A stretch of 64,000 nucleotides of DNA from an uncultured archaeon (GTDB lineage: Archaea > Asgardarchaeota > Thorarchaeia > Thorarchaeales > CAZPUN01): positions 3,863 to 67,862 of the forward strand of contig CAZPUN010000013.1 in NCBI GenBank assembly GCA_964589775.1, read 5' to 3'. This document shows, in pieces, positions 21,740-30,913 of this stretch; the first letter of the stretch is position 1; each line of letters begins with the position of its first letter. Made by a program: the position numbers and the translations under genes. The notes below the pieces were generated by a model. The model searched no databases. It saw only the letters and a list, made by a program, of their open reading frames with translations, and was not told the DNA's origin.

Positions 21740-21967
21740 TTATGATTTTACATATTTTTCCCTAAAAATGTTTAAAAATATTTTAACATCAGTTTTGAAA
21801 GTAATATCAAATTCGGATTCATACTTGTGTAAAATAGAAACCAATTCATCATAATTGGAAACAAGGTCTTGTATAGATTCAATTATTTTTCTAAAACGCT
21901 CAATATTGGAGATATACGGTATTGATTCATTAAAAGCCGTTAAAATAAAATCACTAAAGGAAGACAT
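21740..21967 (-). CDS. hypothetical small protein
   Basis: 75-aa ORF with no motif. Confidence 0.25.
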   Translation of the reverse strand: MSSFSDFILTAFNESIPYISNIERFRKIIESIQDLVSNYDELVSILHKYESEFDITFKTDVKIFLNIFREKYVKS

Positions 21968-22138
21968 AGTATGGTAAAGCCTCCATACTATTCTTCTTCT
22001 CCGCTATACAGCATATAAACCATAATTAATATAATTACTAAAATTGCCATTCCTTCAACAAGTAATTGTAGAACTTCCAAGTCAATCATTTTCTTCAACC
22101 GAGTTTATTCGGTTAAAAAAGATTAATAACCTTTTCTC

Positions 22139-22513
22139 TTACTTCATATGATACTCTTTACTCAGATCAATAAATTTGATCCATTCACTATCATCATGAT
22201 ACTCAGTTTTATATAAATTTTGATTACATGCAATAATTTGTGCAATTTGATGATAGCAATATTTTTCTGTTCGCTTAACAACAACGGACATATAAAAGTC
22301 AGTACATGAACAGAATAAACTATCAAAAAGAATATGTTCTCGTTTTCGACCCACAACGGTCCATAGAACTCTATTAGAAGGCCGAAAAATATGCTTTTTA
22401 ACATAGCCTTTTTTTGCAACTAAATACCCACGATTGAATCTTCGGCCATACTCATTTTCGAGCCTTTCGATATCAATTTCACTAAAATTTTTTTTAAATA
22501 GTAGATCGCTCAT
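22139..22513 (-). CDS. SWIM zinc-finger protein
   Basis: CSCTDF-x14-CYH fits the CxCxnCxH SWIM motif. 4-nt overlap with glmM. Confidence 0.45.
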   Translation of the reverse strand: MSDLLFKKNFSEIDIERLENEYGRRFNRGYLVAKKGYVKKHIFRPSNRVLWTVVGRKREHILFDSLFCSCTDFYMSVVVKRTEKYCYHQIAQIIACNQNLYKTEYHDDSEWIKFIDLSKEYHMK

Positions 22514-23886
22514 GAAAGCTCACCAAATTCATCGAAGGCCATTTTTATGATGTTTTCTGTTTTACTAACAATAGAATTAAGTTCTGAAGAATTCGATGCC
22601 TCAGCATATAATCTAATTTTTGGTTCAGTACCTGATTTTCTAATTAATACCCAAGAACCATTAGACATGTTTATTCGAATACCATCAAAAAGATCTACGG
22701 ACGATTTTTCTTTAAAGACAAATGGAAGATGTTCAGAGATATATTTGAAAATCAGATCTTTTGATTCTTCAGAACAATAAAAGTTCTTTCGTACCATAGG
22801 ATAGTTGGGAATCTCTAATAATAATTCATTTAATGATTTATCCGAATTTGAAATCATTTCAGTTAATCTTAAAGCGCCAAAAATTCCGTCAATCCATAAC
22901 CCCAAATAAGGAAATATAGGCTTCCACGGTTCAGAAGCAAATGCAACAGATTTATCCGGCTGATTTACAATTTCATTAACTAAACCACCAAGTCTTGTTC
23001 GAATAACTTCTGCATTATGTTTTGATACAATAAAATCAATAGCATATGAAGTATCTATGGTCGTGATTACCAAATTACTTTTAGTTTTTGAAAGTTCATA
23101 AGAAGACATTAATGCGATAATTCGACTCGTATTTATAAATGTGCCATCGCTTGTAATTACAGCAATACGATCTCCATCGCCATCATGAGCAATAGCAAAA
23201 TCAACATCGAGCTCCTTTACGATATTAATTGTGTCTTCTAAATTTCTTTCGGAAGGCTCAGCAAGATGTGCTGGAAAATAACCATCACTTTGTGCATTGA
23301 TAGATACAACAGTATGCCCTAATTTTGTTAAAAGATATGGTGTGTATCTCGAGGTTGCACCATTGACGCAATCGACTGCTATGCGTAGTTTTTCCCTATT
23401 ATTTCTAATAAATTTAATAAGATAATTCATATATTCAATAGATAAATCTTTTTTATGATAAGAGCCTACAAAATTCCATTTAACATAAGAGGGACTTTGA
23501 TTTGTAAACTTTTCAATATCAGATTCTTCAGATCTAAGAAATTCACGACCATTACGATAGAACTTAAAACCATTATATTCAGGAGGATTATGGGATGCGG
23601 TAATCATAACAGACGCATCATAAGAAAATAAGCTTGCAAAACCAACAACAGTTACTGGAACTTCACCAAGATCATAAACATTAATTCCAGATGAAAGTAA
23701 AGCAGATGCAAATGCGTCAAATAATACATCACGTGTTGTTCGAGAATCATAACCGATTGCAACAGATCCTTTATTTTTAAGGAAATGACCTAAAGCAAAA
23801 CCAAGCTTAGATGCTAGATGCGGAGTTACAAAGTCGAGATATTTACCGCGAATGCCAGCAGTTCCGAATAATTTATGAGCGCTCAT
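22510..23886 (-). CDS. glmM: phosphoglucosamine/phosphomannomutase (alpha-D-phosphohexomutase)
   Basis: Active-site TASHNPPEYNGFKF and Mg-binding AHDGDGDR. Confidence 0.8.
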   Translation of the reverse strand: MSAHKLFGTAGIRGKYLDFVTPHLASKLGFALGHFLKNKGSVAIGYDSRTTRDVLFDAFASALLSSGINVYDLGEVPVTVVGFASLFSYDASVMITASHNPPEYNGFKFYRNGREFLRSEESDIEKFTNQSPSYVKWNFVGSYHKKDLSIEYMNYLIKFIRNNREKLRIAVDCVNGATSRYTPYLLTKLGHTVVSINAQSDGYFPAHLAEPSERNLEDTINIVKELDVDFAIAHDGDGDRIAVITSDGTFINTSRIIALMSSYELSKTKSNLVITTIDTSYAIDFIVSKHNAEVIRTRLGGLVNEIVNQPDKSVAFASEPWKPIFPYLGLWIDGIFGALRLTEMISNSDKSLNELLLEIPNYPMVRKNFYCSEESKDLIFKYISEHLPFVFKEKSSVDLFDGIRINMSNGSWVLIRKSGTEPKIRLYAEASNSSELNSIVSKTENIIKMAFDEFGELS

Positions 23887-23997
23887 TTTAAATTCCGCCA
23901 GATATTCATAACAAAAATAGTCTTATGATAAATTATATTAAAATGATTTGATTAATGATTAAATATAAACTTTTTATAAAAAGGTGAAAAATTAAGA

Positions 23998-25494
23998 TTG
24001 ACAAAATCACAAATACTAAGAATTGTATTATCAGCGGGTTTTAATATAACACCTGAGGCCATTTCGATCGCTGAGAAACTACCGAATTCAGATAAGATAA
24101 TAGCAAAAATAATCGAGCAAGAGATGTTACAACGTGATGATTACGTCATTACAGCAAAAGATCTTAGAAAATACATCATAGATCAAGATGAAAAAGATTC
24201 AAAAAGCGACTCAAATTTAGCAGGACCTAGAACGTATAAATCAATTGCGCAAGAATATAATGCAGATATAAAAATCATAAAGGATCCAACAGATAAGCTT
24301 GAATCAACTGGCACTTATGAAGATTTTAGAAGATATTTCATTGATAGATATGAAAAATTATCTAAAATATATAAAGAAAGACCAGATACGCGGAATACAA
24401 GAACAATTGAAGAAATAAAATCTGAAAAGATAAGTACAGACTCAAAAATCATAGCTATGGTTTATGAAAAAAGAGAAACAAAATCAAAAAATATTTTTTT
24501 GACATTAGATGACCCTACGGGGAGTATTGTAGCAATAATCCCAAAAAATGATAAAGAAATGGAGAACAAGATAGACAATATAGTTGAAGATTCAGTATTA
24601 TGTTTTGAAGGACGAATTACCCGAGATGGAATTTTTATAATAAAGGATATAATTTTTCCAGACATACCTGTTGTTCGTGAAATAAGAAGGTCGCCTGTGG
24701 ATATATCTGCGGTGTTCATATCGGATACGCATATAGGAAGTAAGGAATTTTTGGCAAAAGTCTTTGAACAATTCATAAAATGGTTAAATGGAAAAACAGG
24801 AAAACCGAGGGAACAGGAAATTGCACAATCTGTAAAATATGTTATATTCGGTGGCGATAATGTTGATGGAATAGGTGTATATCCAAATCAAGAAAAAGAC
24901 TTACAAATAACAGATATATATGAACAATTTAGAATTTTTTCCCAATATATAGAACAAATACCGGATCATATTTCAATTATAGTAATTCCGGGAAATCATG
25001 ATGGAATCAGAAGAGCTCTACCACAACCGGCAATACCTAAAGATTTTGCAGAACCACTCTATGAATCTAGTAAAGATATTCATATGTTAGGAAATCCAAC
25101 TCAATATAGACTACATGGAGTTGAAGTTTTAACATATCATGGAGATAGTTTTGATGATTTTACAAAGAAAATTTTAGGGGCTTCTTATGAGGAACCAGCT
25201 TCAATGATGATTGAAATGTTAAAAATAAGACATATGGCACCAATTTACGGAGAGCGAACTGGAATTGCACCTGAGGCTAGAGATTGGTTAGCTATAGAAT
25301 CGATCCCAGAAATATTTCACACAGGACATGCGCATCATAATGACCTAAAAAGATACAGAAATGTATTATGTATAAATTCAGGAACATTCCAATCACAAAC
25401 AGAATATATGAAAAGTCAGGGAGTTATACCGACACCGGGAATAGTTACAGTCGTGAATCTAAAAACACTTAAGCCAACAATTATAAAATTCTAA
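23998..25494 (+). CDS. dp1: DNA polymerase D small subunit (DP1, calcineurin-like exonuclease)
   Basis: Phosphoesterase motifs VFISDTHIG, GGDNVDG and GNHD. TTG start. Confidence 0.85.
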   Translation: MTKSQILRIVLSAGFNITPEAISIAEKLPNSDKIIAKIIEQEMLQRDDYVITAKDLRKYIIDQDEKDSKSDSNLAGPRTYKSIAQEYNADIKIIKDPTDKLESTGTYEDFRRYFIDRYEKLSKIYKERPDTRNTRTIEEIKSEKISTDSKIIAMVYEKRETKSKNIFLTLDDPTGSIVAIIPKNDKEMENKIDNIVEDSVLCFEGRITRDGIFIIKDIIFPDIPVVREIRRSPVDISAVFISDTHIGSKEFLAKVFEQFIKWLNGKTGKPREQEIAQSVKYVIFGGDNVDGIGVYPNQEKDLQITDIYEQFRIFSQYIEQIPDHISIIVIPGNHDGIRRALPQPAIPKDFAEPLYESSKDIHMLGNPTQYRLHGVEVLTYHGDSFDDFTKKILGASYEEPASMMIEMLKIRHMAPIYGERTGIAPEARDWLAIESIPEIFHTGHAHHNDLKRYRNVLCINSGTFQSQTEYMKSQGVIPTPGIVTVVNLKTLKPTIIKF

Positions 25495-25507
25495 AAAAGA
25501 AAAAAAG

Positions 25508-26767
25508 TTATTTTATGGATTTCGGTGTAAAATTGAACAAACGAGAAATACGACTATCATTACTAAGAATATTAATTAATTGTGTTTTTGGAATTGCTAA
25601 TCGAATTATTTTTGTTCTACCATATCGACCTTTACTGACAACCTTGGAATTTATTAGGCCTAACATATCAAGCTCGTTTAGAAGATCTCCTATACGTCTT
25701 TGCGTAAGGGGTTCCATGCCTAAAGCTTCCGATAGTTCAGTATATACATTAAAAACAGATCCAGTAATAATTTCGGAAACATTCATTTTCATGAGTAAAT
25801 AAACAGAGAAAAGAACCAATTTACTTTGCATAGGTAAGGTTCTAATTGCTTCAGAAACAGTATCACGTTCAATAACTTTTTGTGCTTCCCGTACATCAGA
25901 TTCTGTAACTTTATCAGAACCACGGCGTTCAGCTAATTCACCAGCAACGCGTAAAAGATCTAAAGCACGACGTGCATCACCGTGTTCTCTTGCAGCAAGA
26001 GCTGCACAGAGGTTTATTACGCCAGGTTCAATAACGCCATCATTAAAGCCCATACTAACTCGTTTTTCTAAGATACCCTGTAATTCATAGGCAGAATAGG
26101 GATGGAACAAAACTTCTTCATCACCTAGACTGCTAAGAACACGAGGATCTAAAAGTTCCTTGAATTTAAGGTCATTGGAAATTCCAATTATAGATACACG
26201 AGCCTTATTTAGCGTTGTATTTAATCGCGTAAGATTATAAAGTACATCATTACCAGTGGTATTATTCTTTTTAACAATCTGATCAACTTCATCTAAAACC
26301 ACAATAAGTAATTGCTCCTTCTCATCAAGCTTTGAAGTGAAAATATTATAAACTTCATCAGTGGGAAGGCCAGTAAACGGAACTTCGGTACCTACGGCTT
26401 CACAAAGACGAGCAAGAACTCTATAACTTGTACCAACTAATCGACAATTAATATATGCAACAAGAGGAGTCTCAAGATCAGGGATTTCTTTAGCTTTATT
26501 CACTAAATGATTGAGAACATACTTAGATACAGCAGTTTTTCCAGTACCGGTTTTGCCATACAGAAGAATATTACTGGGAGTAGCGCCTTGTAATGCAGGG
26601 CCTAAGATCATAGCTAGTTTTTCCATTTGCTCTTCACGATAGGGCAATTCATCAGGAATATATGATGGCCTTAATACATTACGATCCTTAAATATGCCAC
26701 TACCTTTTACAAAGCGGTCAAACAGTTTGTCCAATGGTTTATCTTGAATCATATCGAAATGCCTCAT
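25508..26767 (-). CDS. cdc6: Orc1/Cdc6 replication initiator
   Basis: Walker A LLYGKTGTGKTAV, sensor motifs GDARRALDLLRVAG, C-terminal winged helix. Start faces the ORB/origin region. Confidence 0.9.
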   Translation of the reverse strand: MRHFDMIQDKPLDKLFDRFVKGSGIFKDRNVLRPSYIPDELPYREEQMEKLAMILGPALQGATPSNILLYGKTGTGKTAVSKYVLNHLVNKAKEIPDLETPLVAYINCRLVGTSYRVLARLCEAVGTEVPFTGLPTDEVYNIFTSKLDEKEQLLIVVLDEVDQIVKKNNTTGNDVLYNLTRLNTTLNKARVSIIGISNDLKFKELLDPRVLSSLGDEEVLFHPYSAYELQGILEKRVSMGFNDGVIEPGVINLCAALAAREHGDARRALDLLRVAGELAERRGSDKVTESDVREAQKVIERDTVSEAIRTLPMQSKLVLFSVYLLMKMNVSEIITGSVFNVYTELSEALGMEPLTQRRIGDLLNELDMLGLINSKVVSKGRYGRTKIIRLAIPKTQLINILSNDSRISRLFNFTPKSIK

Positions 26768-26853
26768 TCAATTTAAGATTATTAAGCATCTTAATTATTT
26801 GAAAAATAATTACTAAGCCTTAGTATTACGCGTGTTGCACACTTATTTACAAT

Positions 26854-27263
26854 TTGTGAATACTTGTGAATAAAAAATATAAAAAAAGGATTATGAATGC
26901 TTTATTTTGAATACAAAGGATTAATAATTAAATTCACATATGTGAAACATCAAACCCCTTGATTTCCACTGGAAAATAAAAATAAGAATGCATAACGGAT
27001 AATTTCTAAGAGATAAGAATTGTGAATAGATAAAATGTTGTGAATTTTGTATAAAACTAAATATTTCTAAGAAAGAACTTAATAAAATATATTTTTAAAA
27101 AATAAAGTGTTATAAATGGATATTTATAAAAAATAGGAGTAATATTCCATTAGACAATATTACAAAAATATTTATCAAATATCACAATATATATAATTCA
27201 CAGATAATCATTTAAATATGTGAATAACAAGATTAACATGGTATTTTGTGAATTGGTGAATAA
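26854..27263. repeat. array of about 10 copies of [T]TGTGAAT[A/T] in both orientations, including a 14-bp palindrome TTCACATATGTGAA
   Basis: Copies near 26854, 26865, 26891 (variant), 26935-26947 (palindrome), 27020, 27038, 27195 (rc), 27218, 27246 and 27256. Confidence 0.6.
26955..26980 (+). promoter_or_regulatory. origin recognition box ORB-A next to the cdc6 start
   Basis: CCCCTTGATTTCCACTGGAAAATAAA contains the canonical TTCCAC-GGAAA ORB core. Near-identical to ORB-C. Confidence 0.6.
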
Positions 27264-27264
27264 G

Positions 27265-27720
27265 ATGCCGGGCAAAAAATTAAAGATAGAATATGAGGAT
27301 CCTGAAACAGATGACAAAGTCGTTATTGTAATAGAGGGATCCTTAAAAAGTGCCCGGAAAATCTTAGATTCAATTATCTCACAACAAAATGAAGCTGAAG
27401 AAAGGCCTGAATCAGTAAATGATGTAGATATTGAATCAATGACAACAAAAGATAAACTAACATACATTATTGTATCAACTTTGAAAAATGGTTGGTTCAC
27501 ATCACAAGATGTAAGTGATTTCTATAAAGATACGTTTAAAACAGAAATTTCAATGAGCACAATTTCGACCTATTTAAATAGGTTATGGCAAAAAGGTAGC
27601 GGAATTTTAGATAGATCCGGAAATAGAACAGGATATAAATATAGATTACGTACAGAATTAAAAAAGGTGCAAAAATTAATCAAGAAATATGAATCAATAG
27701 AGATCCAAGTAGAACATTAA
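27265..27720 (+). CDS. winged-helix DNA-binding protein, unknown target
   Basis: C-terminal wHTH (LTYIIVSTLKNGWFTSQDV...ISTYLNRLWQKGSGILDRS). The upstream part of the ORF-track reading frame is covered by TGTGAAT repeats. The start used is the ATG at MPGKK. Confidence 0.5.
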   Translation: MPGKKLKIEYEDPETDDKVVIVIEGSLKSARKILDSIISQQNEAEERPESVNDVDIESMTTKDKLTYIIVSTLKNGWFTSQDVSDFYKDTFKTEISMSTISTYLNRLWQKGSGILDRSGNRTGYKYRLRTELKKVQKLIKKYESIEIQVEH

Positions 27721-27762
27721 GTAATACAAACAATTTTCAAATTAAATTCCAATACAAAATAC

Positions 27763-28056
27763 ATGTTACTTTATGTATACGATGTTGACCAAAAAAGCCC
27801 AACATATACTAATGCAAGACGAATTTCCTTTTTCAAAAAGATATATGGATATAAGTACAAATGGAAAGGGAAATATGGAAATAAAGTGAGATTAAAAGAA
27901 GGCCTCATACATCTATCTGAAGATATAGAACGTGTTGCAGATAGCGTCTTAATGGTTCCAGATCATTTGAAGGAAGTATTCGATAATGTTTTTTTGGAAT
28001 ATCAGGACATGATTAAATTCAGGGTATTTAGAATTATCGATGAAAGAAATTATTAA
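27763..28056 (+). CDS. hypothetical 97-aa protein inside the origin region
   Basis: ORF with an SD-like upstream sequence. No motif assigned. Confidence 0.35.
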   Translation: MLLYVYDVDQKSPTYTNARRISFFKKIYGYKYKWKGKYGNKVRLKEGLIHLSEDIERVADSVLMVPDHLKEVFDNVFLEYQDMIKFRVFRIIDERNY

Positions 28057-28120
28057 AAATAATAATTTAAATAAAATTAATAAGTTAGAACATATGTTCT
28101 AAAATAAATTGACCTTCACA

Positions 28121-28147
28121 CCCCATGATTTCGTATGGAAGAAAAAT
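28121..28147 (+). promoter_or_regulatory. ORB-B
   Basis: CCCCATGATTTCGTATGGAAGAAAAAT aligns with ORB-A. Confidence 0.5.
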
Positions 28148-28276
28148 ATGATTTATTTAAAAGTTTATTTAAATAATCAAAAAATATGATATACCCCATT
28201 AGTATATAATTTTTTTATATTTAAACATTTGTATTATATTGTAACAAATTTTATCCTATATGATCATTTTATAGTT

Positions 28277-28296
28277 CCAATGGAAATCAAGGGGAA
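28277..28296 (-). promoter_or_regulatory. ORB-C (inverted)
   Basis: Reverse complement CTTCCCCTTGATTTCCATTGGAA nearly matches ORB-A. Confidence 0.55.
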
Positions 28297-28383
28297 GTAG
28301 TCTAAGAACATATGTTCTAAAATGACTCAAATAAAAACTGTAATAAATGAAAATTATTAATCTTGACACATATTTGAAGGACG

Positions 28384-30273
28384 GTGATTAATAAATTGGC
28401 GAAGCCGAAAAACATTCTGAAAGGTTCCCAAGGTGATAAATTACTTTTGTTAGGAAATGAGGCCATAGCAAGAGGTGTATTAGAAGCGGGAGTTGGTGTT
28501 GCTACTACTTACCCTGGAACTCCTTCTTCTGAAATTGCGGATACTTTAAGTGGTATGGCCTCTGAAGCTGGTTATTATTTTGAATATTCTGCAAATGAAA
28601 AAGTAGCGGTTGAGGTTGCAGGTAGTGCTGCCGTAGCAAAAATAAGATCTTTTGTCTCCATGAAGCATGTGGGATTAAATGTTGCTGCAGATCCATTCAT
28701 GACTTTGGCATATGTTGGTGTTCGTGCGGGTATGATTATTCTAAGTGCTGATGACCCTTCAATGTGGAGTAGTCAAAATGAGCAAGACAATCGATATTAT
28801 TCGTTGCTTTCTGGCATGCCTATGGTAGAAGCTGCAAATCCACAAGAGGCCAAAGATTTTATCTTGGATGCATATGATTTTTCTGAGAAAATAGAAATGC
28901 CGATTCTATTTAGAACTACAACACGTTTGAATCATACTCGTGCACCTGTAACCTTAGGTCCCCGAAGGCCTATTGAAACAATTGGTGACTTTATTAAAGA
29001 GCCAGGTCGATTCGTACCGGTTCCCTCTGTGGCTCGCAAGCGACATCTTGTTGTTCTTGAAAATCTTAAAAAAGCTGAAGAATTATCTTACAAGACCAAT
29101 TTTAATAAAACATTTGGTGAAGGCTCAATTGGTATTATCACATCTGGTGTTGGTTTTAACTATACTATGGAAGCAATAAAATTGTTAGATCTTGATGCAG
29201 AAGTTCTTAAATTAGGAATGACAAATCCCCTTCCAAAAGATTTGATTTCCGATTTTCTAAAGCGTCACAAAAAGATCTTTATTGTTGAGGAATTAGAACC
29301 TTATTTAGAACTCAACGTAAGATCATTAGCAAAGGATGTTGCACCAACTGTAGAAATTTTTGGAAAATATACCGGTCATATTCCTAGGTATTATGAATTA
29401 AATACTCGAAAAGTTTTGGAAGGCCTATCATCTGCATTTCATTTGGAAATACCATTTAATTTCAAAAAGGTTGATGAATTATATAGTTCTATTTCATCTG
29501 AATTACCTCCGCGACCTCCTGTCTTGTGTGCCGGATGTCCTCATCGTGCAACATTTTATGAAATAAAAAAGGCAACTTTCAATAAAGGAATTTATCCAAG
29601 TGATATTGGCTGTTATACCTTAGCTATTCAAGATCCACTTCACATGGCTGATATTTTGTTCTGTATGGGTAGCTCTGTTAGTACAGCCGCAGGTCTTTCA
29701 AAAGTTACTGATAAGACTGTTGTTGCAGCCATTGGTGACTCTACATTCTTCCATACTGGTATTCCTGCTTTAGTAAGCGCTGTTTACAACAAACATCATT
29801 TCACATTAGCTATTCTTGATAATCGTACAACAGCAATGACTGGACATCAGCCTCATCCTGGTATTGGTATTACCGGAATGCATGAGCAAGGCGAAAAAAT
29901 TGACATTGAATCCGTAGTTAAGGGAATTGGCGTTAAGAATGTTGTAAAAATAAATCCATTCAAGGTTCGTGAATCTATTAATGCAATTCGAGCTGCAACT
30001 AGAACCGAAGGTGTATCTGTGGTTATTTCAGAAGCTCCTTGTGCATTAGTTGATGTGGCTGAAAAACGAAAGAAGGGCGAAAAAATAACACCATATGTCG
30101 TAGTACCTGAATTATGTATCGGTTGTAAGATCTGTATTGATCAACTCGGTTGTCCAGCTATTTATTGGAATGAATCTACTGTCAAAGCAGAAGTAGACAT
30201 AACTCAATGTACTGGATGCAGTGTTTGTGCTCAAATATGTCCTAAAGATGCTTTCAAACTAAAGGAGGATTAA
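28384..30273 (+). CDS. iorA: indolepyruvate:ferredoxin oxidoreductase alpha subunit
   Basis: TPP-binding GDSTFFHTGIPAL and two C-terminal 4Fe-4S ferredoxin motifs (CIGCKICIDQLGCP; CTGCSVCAQICP). 629 aa. Confidence 0.85.
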   Translation: MINKLAKPKNILKGSQGDKLLLLGNEAIARGVLEAGVGVATTYPGTPSSEIADTLSGMASEAGYYFEYSANEKVAVEVAGSAAVAKIRSFVSMKHVGLNVAADPFMTLAYVGVRAGMIILSADDPSMWSSQNEQDNRYYSLLSGMPMVEAANPQEAKDFILDAYDFSEKIEMPILFRTTTRLNHTRAPVTLGPRRPIETIGDFIKEPGRFVPVPSVARKRHLVVLENLKKAEELSYKTNFNKTFGEGSIGIITSGVGFNYTMEAIKLLDLDAEVLKLGMTNPLPKDLISDFLKRHKKIFIVEELEPYLELNVRSLAKDVAPTVEIFGKYTGHIPRYYELNTRKVLEGLSSAFHLEIPFNFKKVDELYSSISSELPPRPPVLCAGCPHRATFYEIKKATFNKGIYPSDIGCYTLAIQDPLHMADILFCMGSSVSTAAGLSKVTDKTVVAAIGDSTFFHTGIPALVSAVYNKHHFTLAILDNRTTAMTGHQPHPGIGITGMHEQGEKIDIESVVKGIGVKNVVKINPFKVRESINAIRAATRTEGVSVVISEAPCALVDVAEKRKKGEKITPYVVVPELCIGCKICIDQLGCPAIYWNESTVKAEVDITQCTGCSVCAQICPKDAFKLKED

Positions 30274-30275
30274 AA

Positions 30276-30866
30276 TTGGAAAAGTATGAAATTTCTCTAG
30301 TTGGTGTTGGTGGTCAAGGTATTTTAACCGCAGCAGAACTTTTAGCAAAGTGTGCTATGCTAGATGGTCATAATGTTAGAGTCGGGGAAATTCATGGTAT
30401 GGCACAACGTGGCGGAATTGTTCAAAGTTCTGTTAGAATCGGAAAAGATGTTTATGGCCCTATAATTTCTGAAGGTATGGCTGACCTTATTATTGGTTTT
30501 GAACCTGTTGAGGCAATGAGGGGTCTTTCTTTTGCATCCGAAAAAACAATTGTTCTTCTTAATGAACATATTGTTTATCCTACTGTTGTATCTATGGGTA
30601 AAGCAAAATATCCTGATATGGACTACATAAAATCTTCCATCAAAAAGTTCACTTCAAAACTTTATTCATTTAATGCTATGGATCTTGCATTGGAAGCTGG
30701 AGCTGCCATTACTATGAATTTAGTCTTACTGGGCGCGGCATTTAAAATCGGCAATATTGGCTTAAATAAAGAATCTATGGAATCAATTATCACTTCGACG
30801 TTTCCAGAGCGTTTCAAGAAAACCAACCTAAAAGCATTCAATCTTGGCTATGATTATTTCAAATAA
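30276..30866 (+). CDS. iorB: indolepyruvate:ferredoxin oxidoreductase beta subunit
   Basis: 196 aa with a pyruvate/ketoisovalerate oxidoreductase gamma-like fold. Immediately follows iorA. Confidence 0.8.
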   Translation: MEKYEISLVGVGGQGILTAAELLAKCAMLDGHNVRVGEIHGMAQRGGIVQSSVRIGKDVYGPIISEGMADLIIGFEPVEAMRGLSFASEKTIVLLNEHIVYPTVVSMGKAKYPDMDYIKSSIKKFTSKLYSFNAMDLALEAGAAITMNLVLLGAAFKIGNIGLNKESMESIITSTFPERFKKTNLKAFNLGYDYFK

Positions 30867-30913
30867 AATTATTAAAAAAATTAGGAATAATAAATATAAT
30901 ATTCCTATTATTT

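Larger units (their letters stand above)
28085..28326. other. chromosomal replication origin (oriC): inverted ORB pair flanking an AT-rich DUE, bracketed by 19-bp palindrome-containing direct repeats
   Basis: ORB-B 28121-28147 (+) and ORB-C 28277-28296 (-) flank about 125 bp at more than 85% AT. AGAACATATGTTCTAAAAT occurs at 28088-28106 and 28306-28324. cdc6 lies 1.3 kb away. Confidence 0.6.

Noticed and set aside
21993-22091. 33-aa single-TM ORF on the minus strand (MIDLEVLQLLVEGMAILVIILIMVYMLYSGEEE) in the engB-SWIM intergenic gap
   Set aside because: It is too short, and homology cannot be assessed from sequence alone. It is noted only as a possible small membrane protein.
27763-28056. 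97-aa ORF beginning MLLYVYDV as a possible Cas2
   Set aside because: There is only a superficial N-terminal resemblance. No CRISPR array or other cas gene is in the window, and the downstream sequence does not follow the Cas2 pattern.
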